From the NCBI GenBank assembly GCA_016840855.1, contig JAEORO010000090.1, forward strand, positions 1 through 15,041: a DNA stretch of 15,041 nt, given 5' to 3'. This stretch comes from Candidatus Thorarchaeota archaeon (GTDB lineage: Archaea > Asgardarchaeota > Thorarchaeia > Thorarchaeales > Thorarchaeaceae). The position numbers were made by a program, and so were the translations under genes. Below the pieces are notes generated by a model. The model saw only the letters and a program-made list of their open reading frames with translations. It was not told the DNA's origin and did no database searches. Every line of letters starts with the position of its first letter. Position 1 is the first letter of the stretch. Shown here one piece after another: positions 1 to 7,757 of the stretch.

Positions 1-5
1 ATAGC

Positions 6-974
6 TCAAGTAGTCGAGATTCCTAACTTCTCAACCATTTCCTTGTAGCGATTTCTCACGGTGACCTCAGTCACACGTGCAGTTCGAGCAATCTCAAGTT
101 GGGTCCGTCTAGCACCTGTAAGAATGCTAGCAACATAGATTGCTGCAGCCGCCATTCCTTTGGGATCCTTACCAATGGTAAGTCTTTGTTCCCTCGCTAA
201 CTCCAAGATATCAATGGCCTTTTTCTTCGCCTCACCTGGAAGTTCCAGTTCTGTGCCAAATCGGTGAACAAATTCGGCAGGGTTGCTATGGGGTATCTTT
301 AGATTAAGATACCGAAGAATGAGTCGAACGCAAAGGCTGAGTTCCTTCCGCGTAATGTGTATCTGTTCAACAATTTCCTCAAGCGGGCGTGGAACCTGGT
401 GCACACGACAGGCAAGGTAAAGCGAGGCTGCTATCATCCCTAGAATAGTACGACCACGGGTCAGCCTTTTTCTCAAGGCTTTCCTGTAAATCACGGCGGA
501 GGTCTCTCGAATTGAATAGGGGATACTCAACTGAGAGCTAATTCTATGAAGCTCAGTCATCGCAACAGCTAGGTTGCGTTTGTCAGAAGAGTGCACTTTG
601 GTTCGAATTTGCCATTTCCTAAGTCTGTGAATCTCTGCTCTTCGAGTTGAAGTCAGTTTTCTTCCGGATGCGTCAACATTCTGTCGACCAATAGTAGTAG
701 TTAGACCTTGGTCAAACTTGCTCCAGTCTGTAGGACCTCCTACACGCTGTCGAGCATTTTGCTCATCTGATGTAAAGGCCCTCCATTCTGGCCCCATATC
801 TATGGAACGGTCTGAAAGAACAAGTCCGCAACTAGAACAAATAACTTCTCCACGAGTGTGGTCGATATATACATCCACACAGCTGCAGGCATTACAGACA
901 TAGCTGGCCGAACCAATGGGCTCTCTCTTTTTTTGGGTCTTTGAGTGTCTGCTGGCCAGTCCAATCATCTCCAT
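6..974 (-). CDS. tfb: Transcription initiation factor IIB (archaeal TFB)
   Basis: N-terminal Zn ribbon (CNAC...GEVICSSCGLV), B-reader GPEWRAF, RLRKWQ linker and two cyclin repeats ending GKDPKGMAAAAIY...RTQLEIARTARVTEVTVRNRYKE. Exact start is uncertain because an SD-like GGAGATGA overlaps the first codons. Confidence 0.97.
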   Translation of the reverse strand: MEMIGLASRHSKTQKKREPIGSASYVCNACSCVDVYIDHTRGEVICSSCGLVLSDRSIDMGPEWRAFTSDEQNARQRVGGPTDWSKFDQGLTTTIGRQNVDASGRKLTSTRRAEIHRLRKWQIRTKVHSSDKRNLAVAMTELHRISSQLSIPYSIRETSAVIYRKALRKRLTRGRTILGMIAASLYLACRVHQVPRPLEEIVEQIHITRKELSLCVRLILRYLNLKIPHSNPAEFVHRFGTELELPGEAKKKAIDILELAREQRLTIGKDPKGMAAAAIYVASILTGARRTQLEIARTARVTEVTVRNRYKEMVEKLGISTT

Positions 975-1100
975 GCAGGCTCACTCTGCGAGTGACACTG
1001 CGGTCAGAGCTGTGAGTAGATCGAATGCATCGACTCCCTCTGGCGCGAAGGAGTCCTTGTCATTTGTGGCGCAAGTGATTCGTCCAACGGGAGAACGAAC
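975..1100 (-). other. Structured GC-richer 5' leader (or small ncRNA) upstream of tfb
   Basis: Several inverted repeats: 1032-1055 (minus strand GACTCCTTC-gcgcca-GAGGGAGTC, 9 bp with one G-U), 1079-1099 (TTCGT/ACGAA) and 980-1016 (CTCAC/GTGAG enclosing CTCTG/CAGAG). Confidence 0.4.
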
Positions 1101-1122
1101 AGGAATGCCCACACAAAAATGA

Positions 1123-1136
1123 ATATAAAGCCTTTG
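1123..1136 (-). promoter_or_regulatory. Putative BRE/TATA promoter for tfb
   Basis: Minus strand reads CAAAGGCTTTATAT(T): a purine-rich BRE-like segment followed by TTTATA, at the edge of the AT-rich divergent intergenic region about 150 nt upstream of the tfb ATG. Confidence 0.5.
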
Positions 1137-1359
1137 TAAATTAATCAAATAATTCTTTGTTTAATTGATGTATATATTAGATGTTTTAATCTTGGTTTTA
1201 TTTGATGTATAAGTTTTGAAAAGCAGCTGCGAAACTATATCCCATCTTGAAACTACTACTGTTTCTAGGTCGGTTTGGGCGGACTGAAATCAACCCCTAT
1301 GTCTGAGCGTTTCATTTATGAAGATTCGTTGATGATTCTCTCCTGTATATTGGTGAGAT

Positions 1360-3270
1360 GTGTTGACAACGATTTCATCTAATCCTTGGAAAACTGCTAG
1401 ACAGTCAATAGTGAGATTGCTGTCTGAAGTATTTTCAGTCCCTCCTGAAATCGTTGCGGAATCTATCGAGATACCTCCAGATTCAGCATTGGGAGACCTT
1501 GCATCAACAATTGCATTTTCTCTTGCAAAGAAGCTTAAGAAGAGTCCAGTCGCAGTCGTCAATGAATTTCAGCTCAAGTTGGAAGCTCAATCAAAACGGG
1601 AACCAATAATCAAAGAAATCACAACCAAAGGACCATACATCAACATCTTCATTGACCATGGACAGATGGCAAAGTTGACAGTTGAGAGCGTTCTTGATTT
1701 AAGTGAATCATATGGACATAGCCAGGAATTTGAAGGTATGAGAGCATTGGTTGAGTATCCCGCAGTTAATCCCTCAAAACCTTGGCATATTGGTCATGCA
1801 AGAAACGCAATTCTAGGAGATACCCTTTGCAACATTCTTGACTGGGTCGGATATGATGTAATCCGACTCGATTATGTGAATGACTTAGGTCTTCAGATTG
1901 CACAACTAATTTGGAAACTTATGCAGATTGATGACCAGGATACAGAAGCAAAGTATGATCATTACTTGGGACATTTGTATGTTGATGTACAGAGCGCATT
2001 TGACACTAGTGAATTGGTTCAAGAAGAGGTCAGGGAAGTTTCCAGAAAACTGGAAAATCTTGATAGTAAAGAAGCCATGCTGAGCTCTAAAATGGTGACT
2101 CGATGTCTTAATGCGCAAAATGAAACATCGTATCGACTTGGCATCTATCACGATTATCAGGTGTGGGAAAGCGCGATTGCACATAGTGGCATTCTAGAAT
2201 TGGCTCAGAAAATGATGTTGAAATCAAAGAATATCTTGAAACTGAATGAAGGCGAGAAAGCAGGTTGCATAGTTGTGGATCTATCGGTGATTGATGAGTT
2301 CAAGGACATGAAGGATCCTTTCAAAGTCTTATTCAGATCTGATGGTACAAGGACGTACACGGGTGCTGATGTTGCGCTTCAACTCTGGAAATTTGGAATA
2401 ATTGAAGACCCATTCAAGTACTCGCTATTTGAAAATCAACCAAATGGAAAGCCAGTCATGCGAACTGATCTCAAAGGTAAGACAGCGAGTTTGGGTAAGT
2501 TTGATATCGTGATGAATGTCATTGGGTCTGAACAAGCGCATCCTCAAAGGATGGTATATACTATCTTGGATATTCTTGGATATTCCAAAGAGAGTGAAAA
2601 TTCACATCACATTGCATACGAATTTGTAACGCTTGAAGATACTGAGTTCTCTGGTAGACATGGGACATGGATTGGGTATTCGACCGATGATGTTCTCGAT
2701 AAAGCAACAGAGCTTGCTAAGATTGAAGTCGAAAAGAGAAATCCAGACGAAGATGATGCATTCAAAAACATCGTAGCAAATCAGGTGGGTGTTGGAGCTG
2801 TGCGTTATTTTATGCTCAATGCCTCACCAGATAGAAAAATCACATTCAGGTGGAACGAAGCTCTTGATTTCAATGGTGATGCAGCCCCATATCTCCAGTA
2901 CTCATATGCAAGAGCCCAAAGGATACTAGAGAAAGCAGAGAATGAATCTAAAGAAAAGATTGACCTAAAGCTTCTATCAACTGATGCCGAGTTTGCTCTG
3001 GTTAAAGCAATCGCGCAGCTACCAGAAGAAATCCTCGAGGTTGCTAGATCTCTGAAAAAGAATGTATGGGGTACTAGTTTCAATGCCAATAGAATCACAG
3101 CATATACATATAGTTTGGCTTATCTGTTTAGCAAATTCTATGATTCATGTCCAGTACTAAAAGCAGAGCCAGAGATTAGAGCATCAAGGTTAGCACTTGT
3201 ACATGTCTTTAAGATTACAATGGCTAACTGTTTAACAGTCTTGGGCATACCCATTGTCGACCGTATGTAG
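1360..3270 (+). CDS. argS: Arginine--tRNA ligase
   Basis: Class I HIGH motif in VEYPAVNPSKPWHIGHARNAILGD, plus GDLAS, RSDGTRTY, FSGRHG, GDAAPYLQYSYARA and the C-terminal LGIPIVDRM typical of ArgRS. SD GGTGAG lies upstream; start is GTG 1360 or TTG 1363. Confidence 0.98.
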   Translation: MLTTISSNPWKTARQSIVRLLSEVFSVPPEIVAESIEIPPDSALGDLASTIAFSLAKKLKKSPVAVVNEFQLKLEAQSKREPIIKEITTKGPYINIFIDHGQMAKLTVESVLDLSESYGHSQEFEGMRALVEYPAVNPSKPWHIGHARNAILGDTLCNILDWVGYDVIRLDYVNDLGLQIAQLIWKLMQIDDQDTEAKYDHYLGHLYVDVQSAFDTSELVQEEVREVSRKLENLDSKEAMLSSKMVTRCLNAQNETSYRLGIYHDYQVWESAIAHSGILELAQKMMLKSKNILKLNEGEKAGCIVVDLSVIDEFKDMKDPFKVLFRSDGTRTYTGADVALQLWKFGIIEDPFKYSLFENQPNGKPVMRTDLKGKTASLGKFDIVMNVIGSEQAHPQRMVYTILDILGYSKESENSHHIAYEFVTLEDTEFSGRHGTWIGYSTDDVLDKATELAKIEVEKRNPDEDDAFKNIVANQVGVGAVRYFMLNASPDRKITFRWNEALDFNGDAAPYLQYSYARAQRILEKAENESKEKIDLKLLSTDAEFALVKAIAQLPEEILEVARSLKKNVWGTSFNANRITAYTYSLAYLFSKFYDSCPVLKAEPEIRASRLALVHVFKITMANCLTVLGIPIVDRM

Positions 3271-3271
3271 T

Positions 3272-4621
3272 CTATCCTGAAGTGACAGTGGCGTTCTCTA
3301 CAACAAATGAAGGAGTTATCATGGCAAGCGTGGTCTTGGAGTCGTCACCGATTCGACCAATCCTCTTTAACAAGTCAAGCATGTTTATTCCAACAAGTGT
3401 ATTCTTGAGTGGATGCTGGATCTCACCCCTTTCGATGTAGAAACCCTCGTAGAGCATTGCACTGAGATCACCGGTTGTCATGTTGGGTCTATCGGCCGTG
3501 TTCCTACAAAGAACGCCCCGGTCTATCTCTGAAATTATGTCATCTAGATTTCCTCGTCCTGGTTTAATAATGAAGTTCGAGGTGGAGATTGAGGGGAGCC
3601 CTGAGTACGATGGTCTGCTAGCATTACCAGTATTTACCACATCATCTTTGAATGCAGTATAGGAGTTGTGAAGCAAGCCTTTTAGAACACCCTTTTCAAT
3701 TATCGAGGTTCGTTGCGAGGGGACCCCTTCTGCATCAAAGGATCGTGAACCAAGTCCTGCTGTTAATAGACCGTCATCAATTATATCGAGATTCTCTGAT
3801 GCAATAGAGGCACCGATTGAATCTGCAATGTAGGAACGTCCCTTCTGAACCTCCTCCGCACTCACTGCGCCTGCAAACCCATATCCTATGACGGTCCCGC
3901 CGCCAAGTGGAGCAAAGACCACTGGCATCTCACCGCCTTCGATGGTCTTTGGTCCCAGCATACTGAGAGTCAACTCAGCTGCATTTTTACCAACTTGTTC
4001 TGGATCAATCTCATTTAGGTTTCGAGTGAATTGATAATCATAACTTGTTGTTTGGTCATCTGCTCCTTTAACAACAGGCGAAGAAGAAAGGAAGATGGAG
4101 GTTCTTGGCTCCGAGAACGAAATGCCTAGAGAATTCACAACAGCGCTAATACCAGAAGAACTCTGAACACCAGCTGCTATGGCATACTTGCGGCCTTCAA
4201 GGACTTGTTTCGACGCATCTATTATTCTAATTATCGTTTCTGCAATTGTTTCTGAAGGAAGTTCAGCAATGTTCTTGTCAAAGAGACCATTCACTTTGGG
4301 ATGCGAGTTACTGTTAGATGGAAGACTCACAAAGTCGGGATCTGGAAAAGAAGCTTTCGCGAGCTTAACTGATTTTCTGACCGCCTCATGCACATCCTCC
4401 TTGGAGAGCGTAGTTACAAACGCAAAACCGATTCTTTTGCCTATTACCGTTCGAATACCTATACCAGCGTCACGTTTCTCTTCTGCGTTTCTAATAGCTG
4501 AGTTTTCAGCTTCAATAGCAAAAGAGCGAAACTGCCCCACATACGCTTCAGCCTGAGATGCTCCAAATTTCTCAGCTATCTTAACAGCAGATTCCGCTAT
4601 CTCGAGGAGATTTTCCTCCAT
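3272..4621 (-). CDS. pmbA: TldD/PmbA family protein, non-catalytic PmbA/TldE-type subunit
   Basis: GIGIR...GKRIGFA, FDAEGVP, IIEKGVLKGLLHN and TGNASR motifs, with no HExxxH. Start moved from the ORF-track 4660 to ATG 4621 (MEENLL), which follows GGAGGT and lies 1 nt after the tldD stop. Confidence 0.92.
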   Translation of the reverse strand: MEENLLEIAESAVKIAEKFGASQAEAYVGQFRSFAIEAENSAIRNAEEKRDAGIGIRTVIGKRIGFAFVTTLSKEDVHEAVRKSVKLAKASFPDPDFVSLPSNSNSHPKVNGLFDKNIAELPSETIAETIIRIIDASKQVLEGRKYAIAAGVQSSSGISAVVNSLGISFSEPRTSIFLSSSPVVKGADDQTTSYDYQFTRNLNEIDPEQVGKNAAELTLSMLGPKTIEGGEMPVVFAPLGGGTVIGYGFAGAVSAEEVQKGRSYIADSIGASIASENLDIIDDGLLTAGLGSRSFDAEGVPSQRTSIIEKGVLKGLLHNSYTAFKDDVVNTGNASRPSYSGLPSISTSNFIIKPGRGNLDDIISEIDRGVLCRNTADRPNMTTGDLSAMLYEGFYIERGEIQHPLKNTLVGINMLDLLKRIGRIGDDSKTTLAMITPSFVVENATVTSG

Positions 4622-4622
4622 T

Positions 4623-6008
4623 TCACATACCTCCCACAGGCACTTGCCTGATTCGTGCATGAGGACCTCCAGTCATGGTTGGAACACTCTGTCCATCCTT
4701 TCCGCAAGTTCCTCCTTCCAATTCAAAATCTTTCCCGATGGCGTCAATCTTTGCCAATATTTCTAGGATGTTCCCAGCAAGCGATACATCTCGAACCATA
4801 GTACCTTTCTCGCCATTATGAATTAGATATCCGTGACTAGCTTGGAACATGAATTGTCCTTTTGCTGATTGTGTATAGCCATAATTGAAACTGCACAGAA
4901 GTATGCCATTCTTTGTGTCTTCAATTAGTTCATCTACAGCCCAGTCCTTTGGTTCCATGAAGGTGTTGCTCATTCGTGGAAGAGGGATATGCATGTATGA
5001 CTGAGCTCTTGCGGCACCGTTCGGTTGTTGTTCCAACCGACTTGAAGTTTCCAAACTGTGAAGTAGGTCTGTCAAAACACCATTCTTCACCAAGCACCTT
5101 TTCTTTGTTTCAGTGCCTTCCCAGTCATATTCCGTGGAACCTCTCATTCCAGGCAAAGTTGGATCATCACTAATGCTGAGATATTCAGGACCAACTTCTT
5201 TGCTTACCATGTCTTCAAGCACTGTTGAATGAGCTGGCCAATTATCAGCTTCGGTGGCATGGCCAAAAGCTTCATGGGTTACGACACCATTAAGGGCCGG
5301 GTCCAATACAACATCGTATATCCCTCCTTCAGCCATTTTTGATGATAAGAGCTCGATAGCGAGTTGAGCAGCTTTGGCACCAATGTTTTGCGCCGCTTCA
5401 GTTTCCATTTCTTCGAATCCACTCCGAAGACTTATAGACTGTTGAGTTCGTTGTCTGTTCGGACCTTCTTTTGCTGTCGGAACGGAAATAATGCGAGGGA
5501 TTGAATTTTGGAGATAGATTTGTGTTCCTAAGGAATTTGCAATGAGAAGTTCTGAAGTCAGTTCTCCATATATCGTCCGGGTTGATACGATTCGCTCGTC
5601 AAAATCGCGCGCTTGATCATCAATCATTTTAACAAACTGCATCTTTTCATCAATTGAAACACTTTCGAATGGTTTTTTCACATTCAGAATGACTTTGTCC
5701 TCAAAGACTGGACCATCAATTGTAAATCGCTCTGCAACTTTCTCTTGAGTGGCAATGGCAAGTTTCGCTACTGATTCGCCAGTTGTTCTCATCCCGTCAG
5801 GGGTTAAGTTTGTCGTCTGAGCAAATGCCCAAGCCCCATCAATGAATGCACGGATTCCAGCACCTTTCATTCGAGATGCCATAGATTGTCTTGTGATGCC
5901 ATCATTGAGTTCGATGATTGTTGTGGTTGAGTTTTCTATTCGCACATCAGCGAATGTGACTCCAGTTTTAATAGCTGCATCAAGGGCTGCCTGAGCAAGG
6001 TCTTCCAT
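4623..6008 (-). CDS. tldD: TldD family metalloprotease, catalytic subunit
   Basis: HEAFGHATEAD metal-binding motif, DDPT, YDWEG, NGAARA, PRMSNT and the C-terminal CGKDGQSVP...GGPH. Start moved from 6122 to ATG 6008 (MEDLAQ), where family similarity begins, after GGGGA. Confidence 0.95.
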   Translation of the reverse strand: MEDLAQAALDAAIKTGVTFADVRIENSTTTIIELNDGITRQSMASRMKGAGIRAFIDGAWAFAQTTNLTPDGMRTTGESVAKLAIATQEKVAERFTIDGPVFEDKVILNVKKPFESVSIDEKMQFVKMIDDQARDFDERIVSTRTIYGELTSELLIANSLGTQIYLQNSIPRIISVPTAKEGPNRQRTQQSISLRSGFEEMETEAAQNIGAKAAQLAIELLSSKMAEGGIYDVVLDPALNGVVTHEAFGHATEADNWPAHSTVLEDMVSKEVGPEYLSISDDPTLPGMRGSTEYDWEGTETKKRCLVKNGVLTDLLHSLETSSRLEQQPNGAARAQSYMHIPLPRMSNTFMEPKDWAVDELIEDTKNGILLCSFNYGYTQSAKGQFMFQASHGYLIHNGEKGTMVRDVSLAGNILEILAKIDAIGKDFELEGGTCGKDGQSVPTMTGGPHARIRQVPVGGM

Positions 6009-6174
6009 GAGTATCCCCTTTGAATTGAGCCTCAGGCAATTAAATTGGATATAACTGATATGGCCTGAACATTCTTTCGCAGCAAAGTTAGGCGATACCT
6101 GAATGTTTCCCGAATAATACACGGGTTATTCTTGGATAACTCCTCGATGTAAGTAGACTACCGGAGGTACTCAC

Positions 6175-7755
6175 TTGACAGAAGATTCCTCAGCTGGACA
6201 ATGTAAATCCTGCCAGTCGAACAGAGCGACACATATGTGTGAAGATTGTGGAGCGGCTTTATGTTCCGAATGCTTAGAATCAAGATCTAGTGAGTACACC
6301 GTCTGTAGTGAGTGCCATCATACACTTGGGACTCCAATACCTGGAGAAAAGTTCGAAGAGTGTCCACAATGTGAATCAAAGGAGTTGAGCAAGGGAAGAA
6401 AGACTGTCGACATCTGTCCAAGATGTCATTCGTCAAGGGTATCATTTCTTGAAGACCGAAGAAGATCCTTGGCATTAGACATGCGTCATGCAATCATGAC
6501 AGTTCAATATGGTCATACAAAGCTCAGAGAGTTCACAAACAAGCTCGCAGGGGTGAAGAGACTGCTTGTGTCTCTTAGGATGGCAAACTTCTTGCATTAT
6601 AAGTGGATAGAAGAAAAGATTGAGGCTATTCAGAATGAACTTCCAGCAATTAAGAATAGAATAGCCAGTCAGGCTGAAATCATAGCTAAGAGGATGGCTG
6701 CAGAAACAAAAGGGTACATTGACTACACCCAATGGAATCCGACCCAATTCCCATTCATTGAAGGAATCACCAATAGAATTACAGAAATGGGAATCCATTA
6801 CAAACAGAATGTCGATGAATCACTGGAGCCTTTGAGAAGCACACTAAAAGATGTCAGAAGGCAGCTCGATGGACTCGACTACTATAAGGGACAGTTTGCA
6901 TCATTCTATGAACACTGTCAACTTTCAGTAGGAGAACTCCCTGTCTGTGCACTTCCTGATATTAAGATTGCAGGAAGTGATTTTCTCAAGAATGACAAGG
7001 CTCTTGGAACTCTATTCATCACAAACAAAAGACTCCTTTTCATTGCAGAAACCGGACGAGTCAGGAAAAAAATGGATACAATCTTTGACTTTCCATTAAT
7101 CTACTTGAAATCAATTGAAGAAGACGGAAGATTGCGAAAACGCCTAGTCTTGAAACTAAAGCAAGGAGAGATTAGAGCAACCTGCTCAGACCAGACAAAG
7201 AGGGTTCTCCCAGATTATATCGAGATTGCACGAAAGTTCGAGAAATACATTCAGACAGATATGCAAAGAGTCAGAAAAATCGAACAAAACGAGGTCAGTA
7301 CAAGTGACGTGAGACTCAAGATTGAAGGAATGGTATATTCACTCCTCTCTACCAATGACCAGTTAGAATATGATGAAAATGCATCCTTAATGAAACCTGG
7401 TCCAAGACCTAGAATAGGGACCTGGGAATCAAGTCCTATTCGTCGTAATCCCTATGACAGCTACTACAGGAAACCTGAGTCATTTCGTGATGAGCTCGAC
7501 CGAGTAATTGGAAGATACGATCAGACACAGAATACTCCACCACCAATCTATGATGCAAGTCCTCGGATGCAATCATTACGTAGAGATGCAGTATCCATTG
7601 ATAATGCAATCAAAGATACGGTGCATATGCTTAGAAGTGGACAACTAATTGCTGAAGATTTCATTCGAAGATATAAAGATCTGATGAGAAACTCATATCA
7701 CAATAAACGTGAGATTGAACGCGTATCACGAGACAATCGTGACAATCTTTGGTAG
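6175..7755 (+). CDS. Multi-domain protein: six CxxC Zn-finger motifs, coiled coil, PH/GRAM/GLUE-like domain and C-terminal steadiness-box-like domain (putative ESCRT-I Vps23/37-like subunit)
   Basis: TTG start after SD GGAGGT. CxxC at aa 10, 22, 30, 44, 63 and 81; helical heptad-like aa ~92-245; GTLFITNKRLLF (aa 278) typical of GRAM/GLUE-type PH folds; C-terminal NAIKDTVHMLRSGQLIAEDFIRRYKDLMRNSY resembles the TSG101/Vps37 core hairpin. The CDS is secure; domain calls are by eye. Confidence 0.7.
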   Translation: MTEDSSAGQCKSCQSNRATHMCEDCGAALCSECLESRSSEYTVCSECHHTLGTPIPGEKFEECPQCESKELSKGRKTVDICPRCHSSRVSFLEDRRRSLALDMRHAIMTVQYGHTKLREFTNKLAGVKRLLVSLRMANFLHYKWIEEKIEAIQNELPAIKNRIASQAEIIAKRMAAETKGYIDYTQWNPTQFPFIEGITNRITEMGIHYKQNVDESLEPLRSTLKDVRRQLDGLDYYKGQFASFYEHCQLSVGELPVCALPDIKIAGSDFLKNDKALGTLFITNKRLLFIAETGRVRKKMDTIFDFPLIYLKSIEEDGRLRKRLVLKLKQGEIRATCSDQTKRVLPDYIEIARKFEKYIQTDMQRVRKIEQNEVSTSDVRLKIEGMVYSLLSTNDQLEYDENASLMKPGPRPRIGTWESSPIRRNPYDSYYRKPESFRDELDRVIGRYDQTQNTPPPIYDASPRMQSLRRDAVSIDNAIKDTVHMLRSGQLIAEDFIRRYKDLMRNSYHNKREIERVSRDNRDNLW

Positions 7756-7757
7756 CG

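Noticed and set aside
975-1120. tRNA, SRP RNA or RNase P RNA upstream of tfb
   Set aside because: No cloverleaf with a properly placed T-loop, too short for archaeal SRP or RNase P RNA, and their conserved motifs were not seen.
718-1122. Plus-strand ORFs 718-903 and 916-1122
   Set aside because: Antisense to tfb and its leader, with no recognisable motifs, SD or promoter.
4622-4660. 13-aa N-terminal extension of PmbA overlapping tldD
   Set aside because: ATG 4621 has a GGAGGT SD and sits 1 nt after the tldD stop, which makes it the better start.
1290-5173. Short ORFs opposite argS, pmbA and tldD (1290-1562, 1906-2184, 2805-3098, 3480-3662, 4179-4556, 4976-5173)
   Set aside because: Shadow ORFs on the antisense strand of well-supported genes, with Ser/Phe/Ile-rich antisense-type composition.
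6009-6122. 38-aa N-terminal extension of TldD in the ORF track
   Set aside because: Family similarity starts at MEDLAQ (6008), and the extension would occupy the divergent promoter region.
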